Assembly: GCA_035280125.1 (NCBI GenBank)
Contig: DATEGN010000024.1
Span: 1-26,480 of the forward strand
Length of the DNA stretch: 26,480 nt
Direction of reading: 5' to 3'
DNA from: Gemmatimonadaceae bacterium
GTDB lineage: Bacteria; Gemmatimonadota; Gemmatimonadetes; Gemmatimonadales; Gemmatimonadaceae
In this document: in pieces, positions 23,526 through 26,480 of the stretch
How positions within the stretch are numbered: the stretch's first letter is position 1
Layout: every line of letters begins with the position of its first letter
Notes under the pieces: model-generated
Databases searched by the model: none
Told to the model about the DNA's origin: nothing
Seen by the model: the letters and a program-made list of their open reading frames with translations, nothing else
Made by a program: the position numbers and the translations under genes

Positions 23526-24805
23526 AACACCTGCTCCAGAATGTCCAAGCCGAGGGCAAGCTCGTCGCGCGTCGTCACGAGCGGCGGCAACAGCCGCACC
23601 GTGCACTCACCGGCGGTGCAGGTGAGAAGTCCGGCCTCACGCGCAGCGTCCACGACGTGCGACGCCGTGCCCATGATATCGATCCCCCACATGTAGCCAA
23701 TGCCTCGAACCGCCCGCACGCGGCCGGTGCGTCGTCCGATTTCCTCGAGCTGCCGTCCCATCCATACACCGTTTTCGCGAACCGACGCGAGCAGGGATGG
23801 ATCGGAGAGCCGATCCAGCACGTGTAGTGCGACGGAGGAGACGAATGGTCCGCCTCCGAACGTGGTGCCGTGGTCTCCGGGCTTGATCGCCTGCGCGATC
23901 TCATCGGTCACCAGCACGGCGCCCATGGGCAGCCCGCCGGCAATCGGCTTCGCCAGGGTGAGAATGTCTGGCTCGATGCCCAAGCGCTCGTACGCGAACA
24001 GAGCTCCCGTCCGCCCCAGGCCGCACTGGATTTCGTCGAAGATGAGCGCAATGCGGCGTTCCTTCGTGAGCGCACGCAGCTCGCGAACGAAGCCGCCGTC
24101 GAGCACGCGGACGCCGCCCTCACCCTGAACCGGCTCGAGAATGAGTGCGGCTACGGTTTCTCCGTCGAGCGCCGCCGCGAGGTCTTCGAGATTCCTCTCG
24201 GAAATCGAAATACCCGCCGCGAGTGGCCGAAACGGAATTCGATAGGCCGGTCTGTCGGTAGCAGCGAGCGTGGCGAACAGCCGTCCGTGAAAGGACCCGC
24301 GCAATGCGACGATCTCGTGCTTCACTTCACCGACGGTGCGCGCCCAACGACGCGCGAACTTGAACGCCCCCTCGTTCGCCTCAGCGCCCGAGTTGCAGAA
24401 GAAGACCTTATCGGCGAAGGATCGCTCGACGAGCGCTGCCGCCAATCGAGTCGCCGGCGCCGTTTCAAAAAGATTCGAGAGATGAACCAACCCGTCAGCG
24501 GCCGCACGTAGTGCCGCGACAAGACCAGGATCGCTGTAGCCGAGCGCGTTCACGGCGATCCCACTCACGAAATCGAGATGTTTCTTACCCTCGGCGTCAT
24601 ACAGATACACGCCCTCACCGCTCACGAATTCGCCCGGCGCGCGCTTGTACGTGTTCACCACCGGGCTACTGGCGGCGCGGGTGGTTGCGCCATGATCCAC
24701 GGCGGGGACACGGGTGACCGGTAGCTCCGGTGCCAGTATCGGTGCCGTCGCCGGTGCCTCCGGTCGTGGTGTCTTCAGCGTGAGATCAGGTGCGTGTGCC
24801 GTCAT
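23522..24805 (-). CDS. argD: Acetylornithine aminotransferase (class III, PLP)
   Basis: LDFVSGIAVNALG, FFCNSGAEANEGA, SFHGR, EPVQGEGG, DEIQCGLGRTG, LAKPIAGGLPMGA, HGTTFGG. Confidence 0.93.
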   Translation of the reverse strand: MTAHAPDLTLKTPRPEAPATAPILAPELPVTRVPAVDHGATTRAASSPVVNTYKRAPGEFVSGEGVYLYDAEGKKHLDFVSGIAVNALGYSDPGLVAALRAAADGLVHLSNLFETAPATRLAAALVERSFADKVFFCNSGAEANEGAFKFARRWARTVGEVKHEIVALRGSFHGRLFATLAATDRPAYRIPFRPLAAGISISERNLEDLAAALDGETVAALILEPVQGEGGVRVLDGGFVRELRALTKERRIALIFDEIQCGLGRTGALFAYERLGIEPDILTLAKPIAGGLPMGAVLVTDEIAQAIKPGDHGTTFGGGPFVSSVALHVLDRLSDPSLLASVRENGVWMGRQLEEIGRRTGRVRAVRGIGYMWGIDIMGTASHVVDAAREAGLLTCTAGECTVRLLPPLVTTRDELALGLDILEQVL

Positions 24806-24828
24806 GTGCTCTCCGAGAGTTCAAGCTG

Positions 24829-25641
24829 CTACTGCGACGCAGCAGAGGATGCCGTGACTTCGTCGAGGACCCACGTACCTCGACTGGAATCGCTGATCGC
24901 GGCGATGTCACCAATGCGAACGCGCTCGACGCCGCCATCGATCGCCCACAGTGCTGCCTCGAGCTTTGCGCGCATGCCGCCCGCCGCGGTACCTGCCGCG
25001 ATGAGACTTCGCGCAATTGGTGCATGCAGTCGCGAGATCACCGCACCATCCGACATGACGCCGGGGACATCAGCGACCAGCAGAAGCTCTTCCGCCGCGA
25101 GCGCCACGGCCAAGGCCGCGGCAGCGTCATCCCCATTGACGTTCAGGGCCGGAGCAGTGCCTAACGACTTCGGGTCCGCGGAACCCGCGCACGCGTTGCG
25201 ACTCACCGGCGAGATGACCGGCACGTATCCACCGTCGAGCAAGTGCCAGAGCAACTCGACGTTGGCTCGATGCGGTGCCCCGACGTAGCCGAGGCGCGCC
25301 GGGTCTACTGGAGCGGCGGTGAGCAGCGAGGCGTCTTCGCCAGAAATCCCGAGCGCACGAATACCGTTACTCACCAGCGCAGCGACGAGGCGTTTGTTCG
25401 CGCTCCCCGACAGCGCCATGCGCACAACGTCGATGTCCTCGGCGCTCGTGACGCGACGCCCACCAACGAACTGCGCCTCGAGGCCCAAAGCACTCTGAAG
25501 AGTCGTGACCTCGTCGCCGCCCCCATGTACGATGACTAGCGGCGTCGATCCACCATTCCAGAGCTCTGCAATGCCAGCAGGCAACGTGGGATCGCTCTGC
25601 GGGCGCCCACCGATCTTGATGACTCGCGTTCGGCTCGTCAT
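24829..25641 (-). CDS. argB: Acetylglutamate kinase
   Basis: VIKIGG, VHGGG, GRRVT, GISGED, LNVNGD and GGMRAKL. ATG 25641 overlaps the argC stop (ATGA). Confidence 0.93.
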   Translation of the reverse strand: MTSRTRVIKIGGRPQSDPTLPAGIAELWNGGSTPLVIVHGGGDEVTTLQSALGLEAQFVGGRRVTSAEDIDVVRMALSGSANKRLVAALVSNGIRALGISGEDASLLTAAPVDPARLGYVGAPHRANVELLWHLLDGGYVPVISPVSRNACAGSADPKSLGTAPALNVNGDDAAAALAVALAAEELLLVADVPGVMSDGAVISRLHAPIARSLIAAGTAAGGMRAKLEAALWAIDGGVERVRIGDIAAISDSSRGTWVLDEVTASSAASQ

Positions 25642-26480
25642 AGGGGAAGCCCTGCCGCTTCGTCGAGGCCAAGCATCAAATTCGCATTCTGCACCGCCTG
25701 TCCGGCGGCGCCCTTCACGAGGTTGTCGATCGCGGAGAGTACGAGTAGGGTCGGCCGCCGAGTGCCCGCGAGCGGCATTGCCGAAATCCGAACCACGTTG
25801 CGATGGACGACATCCCGCAATGCCGGTGGCTCGGATGCGAGCTCGATGAAGGTCTCGCCGTCGTACGCCTCGCGCCAAGGATCGAGCGCGTCGCCCGCGA
25901 GAGGAGTCCGCAGAGTGACCGTGATCGTCGCAAGAATCCCGCGAGCGACCGGCAGCAAATGCGGCGTGAAAACGAGATCCGCGGGGCAGCCGAGCGCATT
26001 GGTCATCGCCCGCATTTCGTTTACATGTCGATGGACGTTTCCCGACCCATTCGCAAACCCGTACGCTCGATAATCCTCGGACACCTCGCCGAACAACAGC
26101 TCGCGCTTCGGCGAATTGCCGGCGCCGGTCACGCCACTCGCGGCATCGACGACGATCGTCGAATCTTCCGCGATGAGATTTTGCTCGATGAGCGGCGCGA
26201 GCGCGATAAGAATCGCCGTCGGATAGCAACCGGGATTGCTGACGAGAAGAGCGTCGCGGACAGACTCGCGCGTCAGCTCCGTGAGACCGTAAGGAATGCC
26301 TTCACATCCATTGCCGGGCCGGAGATCGGCGGAGAGGTCGACGGCACGCGCGCCAGCTTCCCGCGCACGCGTTATCCAATCCTTGGATGTCCCGTGTGGA
26401 AGCGCGCTGAACACCAGCGCCGCATCAGCGAGCGGCGCTGCGTCTGCCGCGGTAAACCGCACTTGATGTCGGCCAATACG
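25638..26480 (-). CDS. argC: N-acetyl-gamma-glutamyl-phosphate reductase (5' end beyond the window)
   Basis: FSALPHG, VDLSADLR, catalytic VSNPGCYPT, SGVTGAG, HRHVNEM, FTPHLLPVARGI and DNLVKGAAGQAVQN. The frame stays open to 26480. Confidence 0.95.
   Translation of the reverse strand, partial: RIGRHQVRFTAADAAPLADAALVFSALPHGTSKDWITRAREAGARAVDLSADLRPGNGCEGIPYGLTELTRESVRDALLVSNPGCYPTAILIALAPLIEQNLIAEDSTIVVDAASGVTGAGNSPKRELLFGEVSEDYRAYGFANGSGNVHRHVNEMRAMTNALGCPADLVFTPHLLPVARGILATITVTLRTPLAGDALDPWREAYDGETFIELASEPPALRDVVHRNVVRISAMPLAGTRRPTLLVLSAIDNLVKGAAGQAVQNANLMLGLDEAAGLPL

Noticed and set aside
25642-26229. Apparent 196-aa N-terminal extension of argB (466-aa ORF)
   Set aside because: It is an alternative frame of argC. 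The ATGA overlap at 25638-25641 gives the normal argB start, so no fusion or frameshift is needed.
23022-26480. arg cluster lacking argE/J/F/G/H
   Set aside because: The cluster is cut by the window edge, so absence cannot be judged.

Overview
GC-rich bacterial chromosomal segment (roughly 60-65% GC by eye). The gene set and style suggest Gemmatimonadota, which is an inference and not a tested assignment. The window is densely coding, with about 27 plausible CDSs. I found no rRNA, tRNA, CRISPR array, transposase or integrase. From left to right it holds: the 5' end of a probable cardiolipin-synthase/PLD gene; a + strand run (SDR oxidoreductase, plasmid-type RepA-like initiator, 64-aa protein, S41 CtpA protease, PD40 propeller); an aldo/keto reductase; fatty-acid desaturase, YggX and GH3 NagZ-like genes; a - strand stress-type block (hypothetical, stand-alone LigD polymerase, CspA, two small CxxC proteins, SPFH/stomatin); a very basic histone-H1-like ORF; a carboxylesterase; a Crp/Fnr regulator divergent from a membrane-anchored protein with a degenerate [FeFe]-hydrogenase/Nar1 fold; and a long - strand run (M28 peptidase, methyltransferase, Smr-like protein, PafA-type phosphatase, argA-argD-argB-argC). 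The best candidates for undescribed biology are (1) the Crp/Fnr plus hydrogenase-fold Fe-S protein pair, a possible two-part O2/redox sensor, and (2) an apparently domesticated plasmid-type replication initiator with no mobile context. All product calls come from motif recognition by eye, with no database search.
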